In this document: positions 11,058-21,488 of the stretch, piece after piece
Numbering within the stretch: the first letter of the stretch is position 1
How the letters are laid out: each line of letters starts with the position of its first letter
Source of the DNA: an uncultured Alphaproteobacteria bacterium
GTDB lineage: Bacteria; Pseudomonadota; Alphaproteobacteria; Rhizobiales; Kaistiaceae
NCBI GenBank assembly: GCA_963732865.1
Contig: CAVTBC010000003.1
Coordinates: 112,481-176,480 of the forward strand
Direction of reading: 5' to 3'
DNA length: 64,000 bases
Made by a program: the position numbers and the translations under genes
The notes under the pieces: generated by a model
Told to the model about the DNA's origin: nothing
The model's database searches: none
Seen by the model: only the letters and a program-made list of their open reading frames with translations

Positions 11058-12644
11058 GTGGCCGAACCCGCCAGCAACGTTACAGAATACACCGTCTCCT
11101 CCATCTCAGCGGCGCTGAAGCGGACGGTCGAGGACGCCTATGGCTATGTCCGTGTCCGCGGCGAGATTTCCGGATTTCGCGGCGTCCACAGTTCGGGGCA
11201 CGCCTATTTCGCGCTGAAGGACGACAAGGCGCGGCTGGAAGCCGTGGTCTGGCGGACAAGCCTGCAGCGGCTGAGGTTCCTGCCCGAAGAAGGCCTCGAA
11301 GTCATTGCCACCGGCAAGCTAACGACGTTCGCGGGCAGCTCGAAATATCAGCTCGTCATCGATTCGCTTGAGCCTGCCGGCGCCGGGGCGCTGATGATGC
11401 TGTTGGAGGAGCGGCGCAAGAAACTGGCCGCGGAAGGCCTGTTCGACGCTGCCCGCAAGCGCCGCCTGCCTTTCCTGCCGGCCACGATCGGCGTCATCAC
11501 GTCGCCGACCGGCGCCGTCATCCGTGACATCCTCCACCGCCTCGCCGATCGCTGCCCGACGCGCGTCCTGCTTTGGCCCGTCCGGGTTCAGGGCGAAACG
11601 GCGGCCGCCGAAATCGCGGCGGCGATTCGAGGCTTTGAGGCGCTGCCGGCGGACGGCGCGCTGCCTCGGCCCGACCTCATTATCGTCGCGCGTGGCGGCG
11701 GAAGCCTGGAAGATCTGTGGCCGTTCAACGAGGAAATCGTCATCCGCGCTGCAGCGGATCTCACCATCCCGCTGATCTCGGCGATTGGTCATGAGACCGA
11801 CACGACCCTCCTCGACCATGTCGCCGACATCCGGGCGCCGACACCGACCGGGGCGGCCGAGATCGCCGTGCCGGTGCGGACGGAACTGATGGCGCGCACG
11901 GACTCCGCGATCTCCCGCTGCCGCACGGCCATGTCGCGCCTCACCGAGCTGCGGCGCCGGGAACTGACCGGATTTGCCCGCGTCCTCCCCTCGGCCGATG
12001 ACGTTCTCGCCCATCCGCGCCGCGCGCTCGACGAGATCAGCAGCCGGCTGGCGCGCTCGCTGTCTGCCAACGCCTTTGCCCATCGCGCCCGGCTCGACCG
12101 CGTTGCCGCCGGGCTTTCGCCCCTCGGTCTGTCACGGCTGTTGCAGCAGGGGCAGATGCGCATCAACACCACGGCCGGGCGCATGGCGCAGGCCTTGTCC
12201 GTCCATGCCGAACGGAAACGCGCGGCCCTGGCGCTGCGCGCCAAGCGGCTGCGGCCGGAGCCGATCGAGGGCCGGCTTGCCGCAGCCGCCGCGCGCATGG
12301 CCGAACTCGACCGTCGGCGGCAACAGGGCATTGGCCGACGTTTGCTGGCCTCCTGGCAGCGGCTGGAAGCGCTCGACAAGCTGCTGGACGCTTTTTCGCT
12401 GTCGAAGGAGAGCATCCTCCAGCGCGGCTATGCGCTCGTCCACGGCGGCAACGGCGTCCTGTTCAGCAAGGCGGTCGACGTCCCGGCGGGCGGGGCGCTG
12501 GAACTGGAATTTGCCGATGGCCGCGTATCGGCGGTGGCCGGCATCGGGGCCGTCAGGCCGAAGCGGCCGCGGCGGCAGACGAAAGCGCCGGATCCCGGCC
12601 AGGGATCGCTGTTCGGCCCACCCGCCTCCCCCGACGAACCGTGA
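11058..12644 (+). CDS. xseA: exodeoxyribonuclease VII large subunit
   Basis: In-frame GTG at 11058. OB-fold N-terminus (YTVSSISAALKRTVEDAYGYVRVRGEISGFR..HSSGHAYFALKD) and catalytic core (ARGGGSLEDLW.FNEE). The upstream 843 nt of the tracked ORF lie antisense to rsmE and were discarded. Confidence 0.87.
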   Translation: MAEPASNVTEYTVSSISAALKRTVEDAYGYVRVRGEISGFRGVHSSGHAYFALKDDKARLEAVVWRTSLQRLRFLPEEGLEVIATGKLTTFAGSSKYQLVIDSLEPAGAGALMMLLEERRKKLAAEGLFDAARKRRLPFLPATIGVITSPTGAVIRDILHRLADRCPTRVLLWPVRVQGETAAAEIAAAIRGFEALPADGALPRPDLIIVARGGGSLEDLWPFNEEIVIRAAADLTIPLISAIGHETDTTLLDHVADIRAPTPTGAAEIAVPVRTELMARTDSAISRCRTAMSRLTELRRRELTGFARVLPSADDVLAHPRRALDEISSRLARSLSANAFAHRARLDRVAAGLSPLGLSRLLQQGQMRINTTAGRMAQALSVHAERKRAALALRAKRLRPEPIEGRLAAAAARMAELDRRRQQGIGRRLLASWQRLEALDKLLDAFSLSKESILQRGYALVHGGNGVLFSKAVDVPAGGALELEFADGRVSAVAGIGAVRPKRPRRQTKAPDPGQGSLFGPPASPDEP

Positions 12645-12735
12645 TGGCAACATTTGTCGAGTGTGACGTGGACGCTATGGTATTGACGATCGATTTCGTT
12701 ATGATTCAGCGATTCATGCTCGGCTGGGGGTTTCA

Positions 12736-13455
12736 ATGAAGATCAAGGTTTTTGCCGCCCTAGGGGCGCTGTTGGCCGCAACGCCGGCTCTGGCCGATGG
12801 CGGCATGGGCGGTATGGGCGCAACGCCCGGCTTCGACTGGAGCGGGTTCCGTTTCGGCGTTCACTCGGGCTACTTCATGGGCAGCGCCCTTGACGATTAC
12901 ACACCCGGATCGAGCTACACCTTCCCGGCAAACGGCATCTTCGGCGGGTTCCACGCCGGCTATGATCACGCCTTCGGCCCGATTGTGGTCGGCCTTGAGG
13001 CGGAGTTCATGTGGTCGACCATCCATGGCGACTATTCGAACGCCACCAACACCGGATCGGTCGACCATCATTGGGCGGGTTCGGTGAATGGCCGGGTCGG
13101 CTATGCCTTCGGCAACACGCTGCTCTACGTCACCGGCGGCATCAACTTCTCGAAGGTGACGACGGTGGCCGGTCCCACAGGCGGCCCCTATGATTCCGAC
13201 TATCTGACGTTCCATTCCGGCCTCGTGCCGCATTACGGCAAGAATCTCGGTTTCGGCGTCGAGCACGGCTTCAGCCATGGCGTCTCGGCATTCGTCGAAT
13301 ATCGCTATGTCTTCATCGGCGACGAATCGATCAGCCTCGCCCCGACCTTTCCCGGCGACTCCCATTTCGTATCGATCGGCGGCAGCACGGTTCGCGTGGG
13401 CGTCACGCTCCATCTGGGCGGCGGCGGCCTGGGCTTGGGCATGGGTATGCACTAG
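12736..13455 (+). CDS. outer-membrane beta-barrel protein (Omp25/Omp31-like porin family)
   Basis: Signal peptide MKIKVFAALGALLAATPALA and alternating aromatic/Gly beta-strand pattern. The tail GGGGLGLGMGMH is Gly-rich and lacks a terminal aromatic residue, which is unusual. Confidence 0.78.
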   Translation: MKIKVFAALGALLAATPALADGGMGGMGATPGFDWSGFRFGVHSGYFMGSALDDYTPGSSYTFPANGIFGGFHAGYDHAFGPIVVGLEAEFMWSTIHGDYSNATNTGSVDHHWAGSVNGRVGYAFGNTLLYVTGGINFSKVTTVAGPTGGPYDSDYLTFHSGLVPHYGKNLGFGVEHGFSHGVSAFVEYRYVFIGDESISLAPTFPGDSHFVSIGGSTVRVGVTLHLGGGGLGLGMGMH

Positions 13456-13487
13456 ACGCCGAACGACAAAATCCGGACGTGCGATGG

Positions 13488-13512
13488 GGGCCCCGATTTC
13501 GGGGCCCTTTTT
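13488..13512 (+). terminator. rho-independent terminator after the OMP gene
   Basis: GGGCCCCG-ATTT-CGGGGCCC followed by TTTTT. Confidence 0.65.
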
Positions 13513-13532
13513 CATTTTGCGATTGGAGAAGA

Positions 13533-13609
13533 TGGTACAGCTGGGTGGACTCGAACCGCCGACCTCCGGAGCCACAATCCGGCGCTCTAACCAACTGAGC
13601 TACAGCTGC
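13533..13609 (-). tRNA. tRNA-His (anticodon GTG), without an encoded G-1
   Basis: A 77-nt cloverleaf folded by hand. Acceptor GCAGCTG/CAGCTGT (G1.U72). D-arm GCTC-AGTTGGTTA-GAGC. Anticodon stem CCGGA/TCCGG with loop TTGTGGC. T-arm GGCGG-TTCGAGT-CCACC with one C.A mismatch. A73 and an encoded CCA. The base at -1 is T. Confidence 0.9.
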
Positions 13610-13806
13610 ATTGAAGTTCGGCGGGACGGTAGGGGCTCGGCGGATTCTTTTCAAGCGACACAAAGCCGCTTAACCGCGTTGCGAACCGGCGGCGGGTAAG
13701 CCCGGCCGCTGCCATGGACGCACCCGCCATTTGCCCATATTCATCTTTCGTTAGGCATCTGCGATCGGCAATTTGGGGGCGACCTGACGGATCGCCGGCG
13801 CGCTGA

Positions 13807-16611
13807 ATGAAGCGAAAAGGCCACTCTTATCTCGACCTCACGGCGCTGCCGGCCATTGGCGCGCTGCTGCTGGCGCCGCGTCCGGCTTGGCTGTGGCGCG
13901 CGGATGGCGGCGTGGTCCTGTGGGCGAACGCCGCCGGCGCGCGTTTTCTTGGCTTCGCGACGGTCGAGGATCTGCTGGGCAAGGACTTTGCCGGCGAACC
14001 GGCGCTGCTGCACGCCGGAGAGATCGCGGCCAACCTGACCGACACGCCGCAGATGGCACGGCCGGCCTTCGCCCGCGCCACCGGCATTGAAGAGATGTGG
14101 TGCCTGTGCAACCTGATGGCGCTCGACGACGGCACCGAAGCGCTCCTCATCGTTGCGACCGACGATGACGCAGCCGTCGATCCGCTCGCTGTCAGGGCCG
14201 GACGCCTCGTGCAGTCGATCGCCGGTAACGGCATGATCACGGCGCTCGCCCGGCCCGACGGCCGCATCCTTGCCGCCTCGGCGGGCTTCGGCGAGCTCGC
14301 CGACGGAGCGCGGATTATTGCCGCCTTGGCCGATGACATTCTTGCTGGCGGTCGGCGGCTGATGAAACGAAGCGAGACCTTCGGCGACGAGCAGCGGATT
14401 ACCGGGGCCGCGGCGGCCGCCACGCCGGATGGCGCGGTCCTTTTGTTCATCTTCGGACCGGCGATCGAAGCTGCCGCACCGGTGCCCTCGCCGCCAACGC
14501 CAACCCTGACGGTCGTGACGACGCCCGTGCAGACGGGCGCGGGCCGGCCGCAACGCTTCACCTTCAGTATCGACAAGGACCAGCAATTCGCTGCCCTGTC
14601 GCCGGAATTGCGCTCCGCCGTCGGCGAGGCGAATGCCGACATTCTCGGCCATAGCTGGGCGGACATCGCCGAGCGCTTCGATCTCGACCCAGCCGGCGCC
14701 ATCGCCGGCGCGTTGGCGCGGCGGGACACCTGGAGCGGCGTCACCGTCCATTGGCCCACGGCCGAGGGAGACGAGCGCGCCGCGATCGACCTGACGGCCA
14801 TCCCGAGCTTCAGTCGCGACGGAACCTTCGAGGGCTTTCGCGGGTTCGGCGTCGTGCGGGCCGAACCGCGACCCGAACAAGACGCGCCCGCACCCTCCGC
14901 CGAACCGCGGCCGGAAGCGAAAGAGGAACCGCCGTCCAATGTCGTGCACCTCCATTCCGCCGATCGCGCCGAAGCCAGATCGACCGATCTGAGCGGTGAT
15001 GAGCAGGATGCCTTCCGCCGGATCGCCGACGCGCTACGCGCCATCGGACGGAAGACGCCCCTCGACGAGAAACCCGACATTATCCCGCTGCAAGCGGAGG
15101 ACGCCGAGCCGCCACCGGAAGTGACGGCTCCGCCGCCGCCCGCCTCCATCCCGGTCCGGCTCCTCGACCGCGTCCCGGTCGGCATCGTCGTGTTCCGCGA
15201 AGAGGCGGTCCTGTTCGCCAACCGCGCGTTCCTCGACCGACTGGGCTATGCCGATGTCGCCTCGCTGGCTGCGGCCGGCGGCGTCGATGCGCTTTTCGCC
15301 GAGGCCGGCCCTCCCATGCTCGACGAGCGGGAGACGTCCTATCGCATCCCGTTGCGCCACGCCGACGGACGACAGATCGCCGCCGAAGCGCGGCTCCACG
15401 TCGTACCCTGGGCCGACGGACCGGCGACCATGCTCTCGGTGCGGGATCCGGTGCTCCACGAGGGCGATCGCCGATTGGTCGACCAGCAGGCCGCCATGGC
15501 GCGGATCGATGAACTGGAGGCCGTGCTCGACACCGCGACCGACGGCACGATCGTGCTCGATGGGAGCGGACGGATCCTCAGCCTCAATCGTAGCGCCGAG
15601 GCCCTGTTCGGCGTCGAGGCGACGGACGTCCTCGGCAAACCGTTCACCGAGCTCCTCGCCGAGGAGAGCCGGAAATCTGCCGTTGACTACCTCGATGGGC
15701 TGGCGCGGAACGGCGTCGCCTCGGTGCTCAATGACGGCCGCGAAGTGATCGGCCGGACGCCGGCCGGGGGCCTCATCCCGCTCTTCATGACGATGGGGCG
15801 CCTGTCGGAGCGCAGCAAATTCTGCGCGGTCCTGCGCGATATCACGCAATGGAAGAACGCCGAGGAAGAACTCGTCGCGGCCCGCCGCTCGGCGGAAATC
15901 GCCAATCAGCAGAAGTCGGACTTTCTCGCCAAGATCAGCCACGAGATCCGCACGCCGCTCAACGCGATCATCGGCTTCTCCGACGTCATCATCGAGGAAC
16001 AATTCGGCCCGATCGGCGTGGCCCGCTACCGCGAATATCTCAAGGATATCCGCCTGTCGGGCACGCATTTGATGAGTTTCATCAACGACCTGCTCGACCT
16101 TTCGAAGATTAAATCCGGCAAGCTCGATCTCAATTTCGCGGCCGTCTCGGTCAATCAGATCGTGCAGGAATGTGTGGCGTTGATGCAGCCGGAAGCGAAC
16201 CGGCGCCGCGTCATCATCCGCACCAGCCTCGCCGACGACGTGCCCAAGGTCGTTGCCGATGAGCGGTCGCTCCGCCAGATCGTGCTGAACCTCCTTTCCA
16301 ACGCGGTGAAGTTCAACGTCGCCGGCGGCCAGGTGATCGTCTCAACGGCGTTAGACCCCACCGGCGAAGTGGTTCTGCGCATCCGCGATACCGGCATCGG
16401 CATGTCGGAGAAGGAAGTCGAGACCGCGCTGAAGCCGTTCCAGCAGATCGCCACCGCCGGGCCGGCGCGGTTCGAGGGCACCGGACTGGGATTGCCTTTG
16501 ACCAAGGCACTGGTCGAAGCCAACCGCGCCGCGTTCCTGATCGACAGCGCTCCCAATCAGGGCACGCTTGTGCGCATTAACTTCCCGATTGAACGGGTCC
16601 TGCAGAGCTGA
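13807..16611 (+). CDS. soluble multi-PAS sensor histidine kinase (PleC/DivJ/PdhS-like)
   Basis: 934 aa with no obvious TM segment. PAS-like repeats, Pro-rich linkers, an H-box SDFLAKISHEIRTPLNAIIGFSDVI, the family-typical YREYLKDIRLSGTHLMSFINDLLDLSKI block, and HATPase N/G boxes (NLLSNAVKF, DTGIGM, GTGLGLPL). No receiver domain. Confidence 0.85.
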   Translation: MKRKGHSYLDLTALPAIGALLLAPRPAWLWRADGGVVLWANAAGARFLGFATVEDLLGKDFAGEPALLHAGEIAANLTDTPQMARPAFARATGIEEMWCLCNLMALDDGTEALLIVATDDDAAVDPLAVRAGRLVQSIAGNGMITALARPDGRILAASAGFGELADGARIIAALADDILAGGRRLMKRSETFGDEQRITGAAAAATPDGAVLLFIFGPAIEAAAPVPSPPTPTLTVVTTPVQTGAGRPQRFTFSIDKDQQFAALSPELRSAVGEANADILGHSWADIAERFDLDPAGAIAGALARRDTWSGVTVHWPTAEGDERAAIDLTAIPSFSRDGTFEGFRGFGVVRAEPRPEQDAPAPSAEPRPEAKEEPPSNVVHLHSADRAEARSTDLSGDEQDAFRRIADALRAIGRKTPLDEKPDIIPLQAEDAEPPPEVTAPPPPASIPVRLLDRVPVGIVVFREEAVLFANRAFLDRLGYADVASLAAAGGVDALFAEAGPPMLDERETSYRIPLRHADGRQIAAEARLHVVPWADGPATMLSVRDPVLHEGDRRLVDQQAAMARIDELEAVLDTATDGTIVLDGSGRILSLNRSAEALFGVEATDVLGKPFTELLAEESRKSAVDYLDGLARNGVASVLNDGREVIGRTPAGGLIPLFMTMGRLSERSKFCAVLRDITQWKNAEEELVAARRSAEIANQQKSDFLAKISHEIRTPLNAIIGFSDVIIEEQFGPIGVARYREYLKDIRLSGTHLMSFINDLLDLSKIKSGKLDLNFAAVSVNQIVQECVALMQPEANRRRVIIRTSLADDVPKVVADERSLRQIVLNLLSNAVKFNVAGGQVIVSTALDPTGEVVLRIRDTGIGMSEKEVETALKPFQQIATAGPARFEGTGLGLPLTKALVEANRAAFLIDSAPNQGTLVRINFPIERVLQS

Positions 16612-16816
16612 AGGTTTCTTCGCCGGCTTAGCCCTTGCAGCGAAACGCGAATTGCCGCGCCGTTTAGAGCCGTTTCACATTGTACTTCTTCTAAGCTATT
16701 GAAATAACTATGCAATCTGTTGACTTGCCGGGACCGTCTTGGCAAGCATCGCGGCGGGATGGGGCTGCAATCCCTGACGGCGAGGCCTTGAACCTCGCCA
16801 AGTGGAGGAAGCGATC

Positions 16817-17878
16817 ATGTTGAAGCGACCCGGTCGGATCGCCGGAGTTATTGCATTTGCGTCCGTCGCACTTGCCGCGGCCGCCGTTCCGGCGGCCGCG
16901 CAATTCAACAACAACCCGAACACGGTGAACGTCTATACGACGCGCGAGCCTGGGCTCGTGCTGCCGCTGTTCGATCTGTTCCAGGAAGAGACCGGGATCA
17001 CCGTCCACACGGTCTATATCAGCCAGGGCGTTGCCGAACGGCTGACGGCCGAAGGCGAACACTCGCCTGCCGATCTCATCATGATGGTGGACTATGGCGA
17101 GCTGATGAACCTGGTCGACCGCGACCTGACGCAGCCGGTCCATTCCGACGTTCTCGACGAAATCATCCCGGCAAATCTGCGCGATCCGGGCGACCAATGG
17201 TTTGCGCTGTCGATCCGCGCCCGCGTCATCTACGCCTCGACGGACCCCGCCCGGGTGCCGGAGCAGGCGCTGACCTATGAGGATCTGGCCAAGCCCGAAT
17301 GGAAGGGCCGGGTGTGCATCCGTTCGGGCCAACACCCCTACAACACGTCCTTGTTTGCGGCCTATATCGCCAAGCATGGCGAGGAGGCGACGCAGGAATA
17401 TCTCACGGCCCTGCACGACAATCTCGCCCGCACCGCCGGTGGTGGCGACCGCGACGGCGCCCGCGACATTCTTGCCGGCATCTGCGACGTCGCGGTGGGC
17501 AATTCCTACTATGTTGGGCTGATGCGGTCGGGCGCCGGCGGCGCCGAGCAGCAAGCCTGGGGCGATGCGATCCGCGTGATCCTGCCGACCTTCGATGACG
17601 GGCTCGGAACGCATGTCAATGTTTCCGGAGCGGTCGTCGCCAAATACGCGCCGCACTACGACAATGCTGTCCGCCTGCTGGAGTTCCTGGTGTCGCCAGA
17701 AGCGCAGGACCTCTATGCGCGTGGCAATTTCGAATATCCGGTGCGGGCCGGCGTCGAGCTCGACCCGATCATCGCCAATCTGGGACAGCTGGTTATCGAC
17801 CCGACGCCTGTGAGCGAAATCACCCGCTACCGGACGATGGCCAGCCAGCTGGTCGACATTGTCGGTTTCGACAACTGA
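16817..17878 (+). CDS. fbpA: Fe(3+) ABC transporter substrate-binding protein
   Basis: ATG at 16817 with GGAGGA 8 nt upstream. Signal peptide ending AAAQ. FbpA/AfuA-like blocks (VYTTREP, PADLIMMVD, WKGRVCIRS, GNSYYVGL). Confidence 0.85.
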   Translation: MLKRPGRIAGVIAFASVALAAAAVPAAAQFNNNPNTVNVYTTREPGLVLPLFDLFQEETGITVHTVYISQGVAERLTAEGEHSPADLIMMVDYGELMNLVDRDLTQPVHSDVLDEIIPANLRDPGDQWFALSIRARVIYASTDPARVPEQALTYEDLAKPEWKGRVCIRSGQHPYNTSLFAAYIAKHGEEATQEYLTALHDNLARTAGGGDRDGARDILAGICDVAVGNSYYVGLMRSGAGGAEQQAWGDAIRVILPTFDDGLGTHVNVSGAVVAKYAPHYDNAVRLLEFLVSPEAQDLYARGNFEYPVRAGVELDPIIANLGQLVIDPTPVSEITRYRTMASQLVDIVGFDN

Positions 17879-17924
17879 TCCGGCGCACGCGCAACTGACC
17901 GCCGGCGCACGGCGCCGGCCTCAG

Positions 17925-19578
17925 ATGCAATGGCGCTGGCTGATCCCGGTCCTGGCGATTGCAGCGGCCGTGCTGTCGCCCGTCTTTGGCCTCTTGTGGT
18001 TCGCCGCCAAGGGGTCCGGCGATCTGTGGCCGCATCTCATCCAGAACGTACTGCCGACCGCAACGCGGACGACGATCATCCTGCTGCTCGGGGTCGGCGT
18101 CGTCGTCACCGTCATCGGTGTCGGAACCGCCTGGCTGATCGCCACTTACCGCTTTCCCGGACGCCGCTTCCTCGAATGGGCACTGCTCCTGCCGCTCGCG
18201 GTGCCGACCTATGTCATCGCCTACGCCTATCTCGACGTGATGCATCCGGTTGGGCCGGTGCAGACGTTCCTCCGCCACATCCTTGGCATCACCAATCCGC
18301 GCGACCTGTGGTTCCCTGAGGTCCGTTCGATGGGCGGCGCCATCTTCCTGCTCGGGCTAGTGCTGTTTCCCTATGTCTATCTGCCGGTGCGGGCGCTGTT
18401 CCTGATGCAGTCGGCGACGTTCCTCGAGGCCTCGCGCACACTCGGCGCCGGGCCTTTTTCGACTTTCGTGCGGATCGCTCTGCCGCTGGCGCGGCCGGCG
18501 GTCGTCGTCGGCCTCACCCTGTCGCTGCTGGAAGCGCTGAACGATATCGGCGCATCGGAGTTCCTCGGCATCCGCACGATGACGGTGTCGATCTACACCA
18601 CCTGGGTGACCCGCAATTCGATCGAAGGCGCGGCGCAGATCGCGCTGGTGATGATGGTGATCATCCTTGGCTTGCTGATGCTGGAACGCTGGGCGCGGCG
18701 ACGGCAGCGCTATGTCGGCGGCGGCCAGCGTTCGCACCCGCCGGCACTCAAGCCGATCCACGGCTGGCGTGCGGCTGCGGCGATCATCGCCTGCGCTGCA
18801 CCGCCCTTCTTCGGCTTCGGCGTGCCGGCGCTCTATCTGATCTATGCCGCGGCGACGCGCATCGCCGAGTTTGGCTGGCCGCCGGAGATCGGCGGGTGGA
18901 TCGCGAGCACCGTGACGTTGGCGGCGATCGCCACCGTGGCGACGGTCGCAGTCGGCTTGTTCCTCGCCTATGCCGCGCGCGTCTTGAAGCGGCGTGTCGG
19001 CAACATCGCGATGCGGCTGGCGACGATCGGCTACGCCCTGCCCGGGAACGGTGTTGGCCGTCGGCCTGCTGATTCCCGTGGCGTCGCTCGACAATTGGAT
19101 CAGCGACCGGCTCGATCAATGGTTCGGCATTTCCGTCGGCCTGATCATTCTGGGTTCAGGCGCCGCACTCATCTTCGCCTATGTGCTGCGGTTCCTGCCG
19201 ATCGCTGTCGGCAACGCCGAATCCGGCTTCGCCAAGATCAGCCCTTCGCTCGACATGGCGGCGCGCAGCCTTGGCGCCGGCCCGTTGGAGACGGCGGCGC
19301 GGGTGCATCTGCCGATCCTCCGTCCGGCGCTGGCGGCCGGCGCGCTGATCGTCTTTGTCGACTGCATGAAGGAACTGCCGGCCACCCTCCTCCTGCGCCC
19401 GTTTGGCGTGGAGACGCTGTCGACGCAGCTCTTCGCCGAGGCCCAGCGCGGAACCTATGAAGTGGGCGCCGTGTCGGCGCTCGCCATCGTTCTGGTCGGG
19501 CTGATTCCGGTCATCCTCCTGGCGCGCACGACGGAAAGGGGATTCCGCTTCCGACCGGCGCCGAAGACTTCCGTCTAG
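17925..19578 (+). pseudogene. fbpB: Fe(3+) ABC transporter permease (fused two-domain FbpB type) with a +1 frameshift near 19041-19049
   Basis: ORF 17859-19460 is protein-like up to GYALPG. It then continues in the frame of ORF 18994-19578 (TVLAVGLLIPVASLD...EAQRGTYEVGAVSALAIVL). One extra base sits in cccgggaacg. The span is 1654 nt, which is 3n+1. Confidence 0.8.
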
Positions 19579-19664
19579 GCCGATGGCTTGCCCCGCCTCC
19601 GATTCATCCTTATGCGAGGGATCGGGACCGAGCGGGCCAGAGGGGCTGAGACCCAGTTGTTGCC

Positions 19665-21488
19665 ATGAAACGGCTGGCAATCATCTTTGCTGCCGTCATC
19701 ATTTTGGTGGCCGGAATCCTCATTGTCGCGCCGAAGTTCATCCCTGATGAACTGGCCCGCGCCCGTATTGCTGAGCAGATCGAGCAGTGGATCGGCCGCC
19801 CGGTGACCTTCTCCGGCGAGCCCGTGATCTCGTTCTTTCCGCGCCCCACCGTGCGCCTCAACAATGTTGAGATCGAAGACGCCGATGGTTCGGGCAACAC
19901 ATTCATCAGCGTCGAGGAGCTCACCGGCACGGTTCGCTTGCTGCCGCTGATCTTCGGCCGCGTCGAAGTGAGCTCGTTCGAACTCGTCCGTCCGACTATC
20001 GCCCTTCGCGTCGACGAGGACGGCAACTCCAATTGGACCTTCGCCGGGACGGTGGGGCAACGCGTTGATCAAGCCTTTGACGAAAGCGACAGCAATCCGC
20101 CCGACACCGATTTTGACGAGGTCGCGCTCGGTCGCTTCCGCATTGTCGACGGGACGGTCAGCCTGCAAGCACCCGACGCGCCCGTGGCGACAATCTCCGA
20201 TGTCACGCTCGACATCTATTGGCCATCGACGGCGCGGCCGGCCACGGCCCGCGGATCGCTCACCTGGCGTGGCGAGCGCGTGGCCATTTCCGCGTCACTG
20301 ACGGAGCCGCTCGAACTGATCGCCGGACGACAATCGCTTGGCCATTTCACGGTCGGCGGTAATCCGATCCACATCGCCTTCGACGGCATGGTCGGACGGA
20401 ACGACCTCGATTTCTCCTTCGAGGGCGACGTCGTCGTGGCGATGGATTCGCTCCGCAATGTCATCGATTGGACGGGCGCCGCGATCGGTGAAGCCGATAC
20501 GCTCGCTGAAGCATCGATCTCCGGCCATGCGCGATGGGCGTGGCCGCTGCTGTCCTTCTCCGACGCCACGATGCAACTCGACGGAAACGCGGCCGATGGG
20601 GCATTCACCGTCGACTTCAGCGGTGACCGGGTCAACATTGTCGGGACGCTTGCGCTCAATGAGCTTGATCTGTCGCTCTACGCCGATTCCTTCCTCCACG
20701 ACGTGCAGTCTCAAGGGGATTGGAGCGACGTGGCGATCAGTCTGCCATTGTTCGATCATGTCGATGCCGACATCAGGATTTCCGCCGACCGGCTTGTTGT
20801 CGGCGAGACGCATCTGGAAGGCCTTGCCGCCTCCGCCATCGCCAATCACGGGGCAATCTCGCTGCGGCTGGGCGAGGCCGGATTCTATGGCGGTCGCATC
20901 CAGGCATCGCTGACCGCGCAATATCAAGCGCCGCGTTTCAGCGCCCAGGCGCAGATGTCGCTGACCGGCGTTGACGCGCGCGCCGCCCTCACCGACCTCG
21001 TCGGCGTTTCGTCGATCACTGGCCGCGCCAGCGGCGATTTGTCGGTGACCGCAGACGGCAGCAGTTGGGGCGAACTCGTGCACGGGCTGACCGGCACATT
21101 GGCCGCCAACATCACGAATGGATCGATGGTCGGCATCGATCTCTCCCGCGCCGCGGCGACGCCGACGCCAACGGTCGATGCCGTGGCGACCGGCAGCGGC
21201 GAGACCGCCTTCAACAGCTTCGATGCCCGATTGTCCTTCTATGGCGGCCAGTTGATCGCAGACCAACTCGCCGCTACCGGACCTGACTTCGATCTCACCT
21301 TCGCCGGCTGGGGCTGGCTGACACAGCCCGGGATCCACGGCAACGGCGTTGTCCACCTTCGCGACGGGACCAGTAACGAAATGCGATCTTTGCCATTCCT
21401 CCTGGAGGGGACCTGGGACAGACCCGAATTCGCCGACGATCCCGGCGCGCCCGGCTTCGATTCGGCCTCGGCGGCCACCGCGCCATGA
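19665..21488 (+). CDS. AsmA-family outer-membrane assembly protein
   Basis: N-terminal TM anchor MKRLAIIFAAVIILVAGILIVAP, followed by the AsmA-like N-terminal block (VTFSGEPVISFFPRPTVRLNNVEIED) and a C-terminal AsmA-like region. Confidence 0.78.
   Translation: MKRLAIIFAAVIILVAGILIVAPKFIPDELARARIAEQIEQWIGRPVTFSGEPVISFFPRPTVRLNNVEIEDADGSGNTFISVEELTGTVRLLPLIFGRVEVSSFELVRPTIALRVDEDGNSNWTFAGTVGQRVDQAFDESDSNPPDTDFDEVALGRFRIVDGTVSLQAPDAPVATISDVTLDIYWPSTARPATARGSLTWRGERVAISASLTEPLELIAGRQSLGHFTVGGNPIHIAFDGMVGRNDLDFSFEGDVVVAMDSLRNVIDWTGAAIGEADTLAEASISGHARWAWPLLSFSDATMQLDGNAADGAFTVDFSGDRVNIVGTLALNELDLSLYADSFLHDVQSQGDWSDVAISLPLFDHVDADIRISADRLVVGETHLEGLAASAIANHGAISLRLGEAGFYGGRIQASLTAQYQAPRFSAQAQMSLTGVDARAALTDLVGVSSITGRASGDLSVTADGSSWGELVHGLTGTLAANITNGSMVGIDLSRAAATPTPTVDAVATGSGETAFNSFDARLSFYGGQLIADQLAATGPDFDLTFAGWGWLTQPGIHGNGVVHLRDGTSNEMRSLPFLLEGTWDRPEFADDPGAPGFDSASAATAP

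Noticed and set aside
16650-16720. AT-rich patch upstream of fbpA as an Irr ICE or RirA box
   Set aside because: The best alignment (ATTGTAC-TTC-TTCTAAG) matches only 3/7 in the left half-site. That is not better than chance.
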